A stretch of DNA of 36,359 nucleotides from Phoronis australis (lineage: Eukaryota > Animalia > Phoronida): the NCBI GenBank assembly GCA_002633005.1, contig NMRA01000356.1, positions 435,233 through 471,591 of the forward strand. The letters are read 5' to 3'. Below are positions 35,169 through 36,359 of this stretch, piece by piece. How positions within the stretch are numbered: the stretch's first letter is position 1; the number at the start of each line of letters is the position of its first letter. A model generated the notes under the pieces. It saw nothing but the letters and a program-made list of their open reading frames with translations, had not been told where the DNA came from and did no database searches. The position numbers and the translations under genes were made by a program.

Positions 35169-35699
35169 ACTGCAACTGTTTCCGTGGAGGTACATTTCCG
35201 TCTTGTGAAAAACCAGCAGTAAGCTGTACCCTTATAGCGAAGCTGCCCCCGCAAGAAAACTAAAAATAATAACATGGACATGTAGAAGACTCCATGCCCT
35301 TGAAATTAATACAATAAAAACTTTGTCAGCGCTTCAGGCAGGCTTGGTAATAGGTGTCTGAATTTCACTATTTTCAGACCGCGTATGTGTATTTGTCATG
35401 TTAAACCAGTCACTAGTTGTGCGCCGTTTCTACGCATTAATATGCCGTGGTATAAAACAACAATTAAAACAATTGGTTTGCTTAAATGTTTTTAATTAAT
35501 TTTAAGGACACTAGCATTTCCCAATAAATAATGAAATTATACTAAATTTGTTCATCCAATTCGTCTGAATACCAAACTAAAGCTTACAATGCGTTAGTTG
35601 AATGATGGCTGACCTAAAGTGCGGGTTTGCGAATTTATCTATTTATCTGGCACTGCCAGTCGCATCGAATGTGGTATTTCTACAAATTGCGGGGAGAAA

Positions 35700-35930
35700 C
35701 AACTTTGGAAACTCTAGGGAAATACACAAGGTATAGAGCGAGACATTTGAGCACCTTATAAGAGTACGTGGAGCTGATGTGGAGGTGGAACGTGTCCTCC
35801 TGAGTAGTCTGTCTCAGTGTCTGCCTCGGAGGCACTGTGTGCAGCAGGAGCTACATAATCTACCGTATTAGGTTCACTTGCCCAAATCATCATTACAACA
35901 CTCGAGATATGTTGGCGTCGCCAAAGACAC
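35700..35930 (-). mobile_element. Possible highly decayed LINE ORF2 C-terminal fragment
   Basis: Minus-strand VPPRQTLRQT..STYSYK..YFPR loosely resembles the end of CR1/L2/Jockey-type ORF2; weak. Confidence 0.3.
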
Positions 35931-36359
35931 TTAGAACATTCACTGCACACTAGAGGAGAAATCTGATAGAGGTCTGAAAAATTACCAAAGACGTTTAAAG
36001 CCAAGGTTCAATGTCCTGCTTCGTGTGAGCTCAGGTAGGAATCACTAAACTCCAGGGTCTGACCTTGAGGAATATTTTTAGAAGCCCGTCATTCATGCAA
36101 AAATACTTTTATTGACACAAAGTGATTGCTTATAGCTTTGGCCTTATTGCTTAATCATATCTTTTCCAAATGTGTTGATGTTTATGCAACTACATGTATA
36201 CAATGGCATAGAAAATAAGGTTGTCATCATAACTTTTCATAACAACCACCAAATGTGTAACATGACTTCTGCCCATGAAATAATTTTAGAGACTAGGGAG
36301 TATGTTTTGTCTACCAATGATTTTCTGCGACTGTGAAGTTAATTAAACATGCTAAAGCC

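Noticed and set aside
33966-35195. 350-409-aa ORFs in the ORF track
   Set aside because: Artefacts of translating through the N gap; only 34032-34064 is plausibly coding.

Overview
Eukaryotic (animal, probably a heterozygous marine invertebrate) AT-rich genomic DNA from a draft assembly, with a single-N join at 27180 and a 996-N gap at 34122-35117. It holds two convergent multi-exon housekeeping genes that I assembled by hand from GT-AG sites and reading phase. THUMPD2 (+ strand) has 7 coding exons at 6266-17815; its first exon was not found and there is a possible 1-bp frameshift near 6731. TAF1A (- strand) has 11 coding exons at 34064-18980 and encodes 454 aa. One TAF1A exon is present twice inside a 2.4-kb tandem duplication joined at the N, most likely an uncollapsed second haplotype. 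The rest is largely transposon debris: a 667-bp foldback element, an internally deleted piggyBac inserted in a TTF-zinc-finger (ZNF862/hAT-like) remnant, a Tc2-like TIR element carrying a decayed HIRAN-like ORF, an inverted Penelope-like insertion with a 14-bp TSD and a minimal hammerhead ribozyme motif, a Helentron/DINE-1-like element with 3 internal ~308-bp repeats, a CR1/L2 RT fragment and a tRNA-derived SINE head. A perfect RFX X-box lies just beyond the gap. I found no convincing new biological system. The best leads are the HIRAN-like cargo in the Tc2-like element and the variant hammerhead motif. Protein identifications rest on remembered family motifs, not on database searches.
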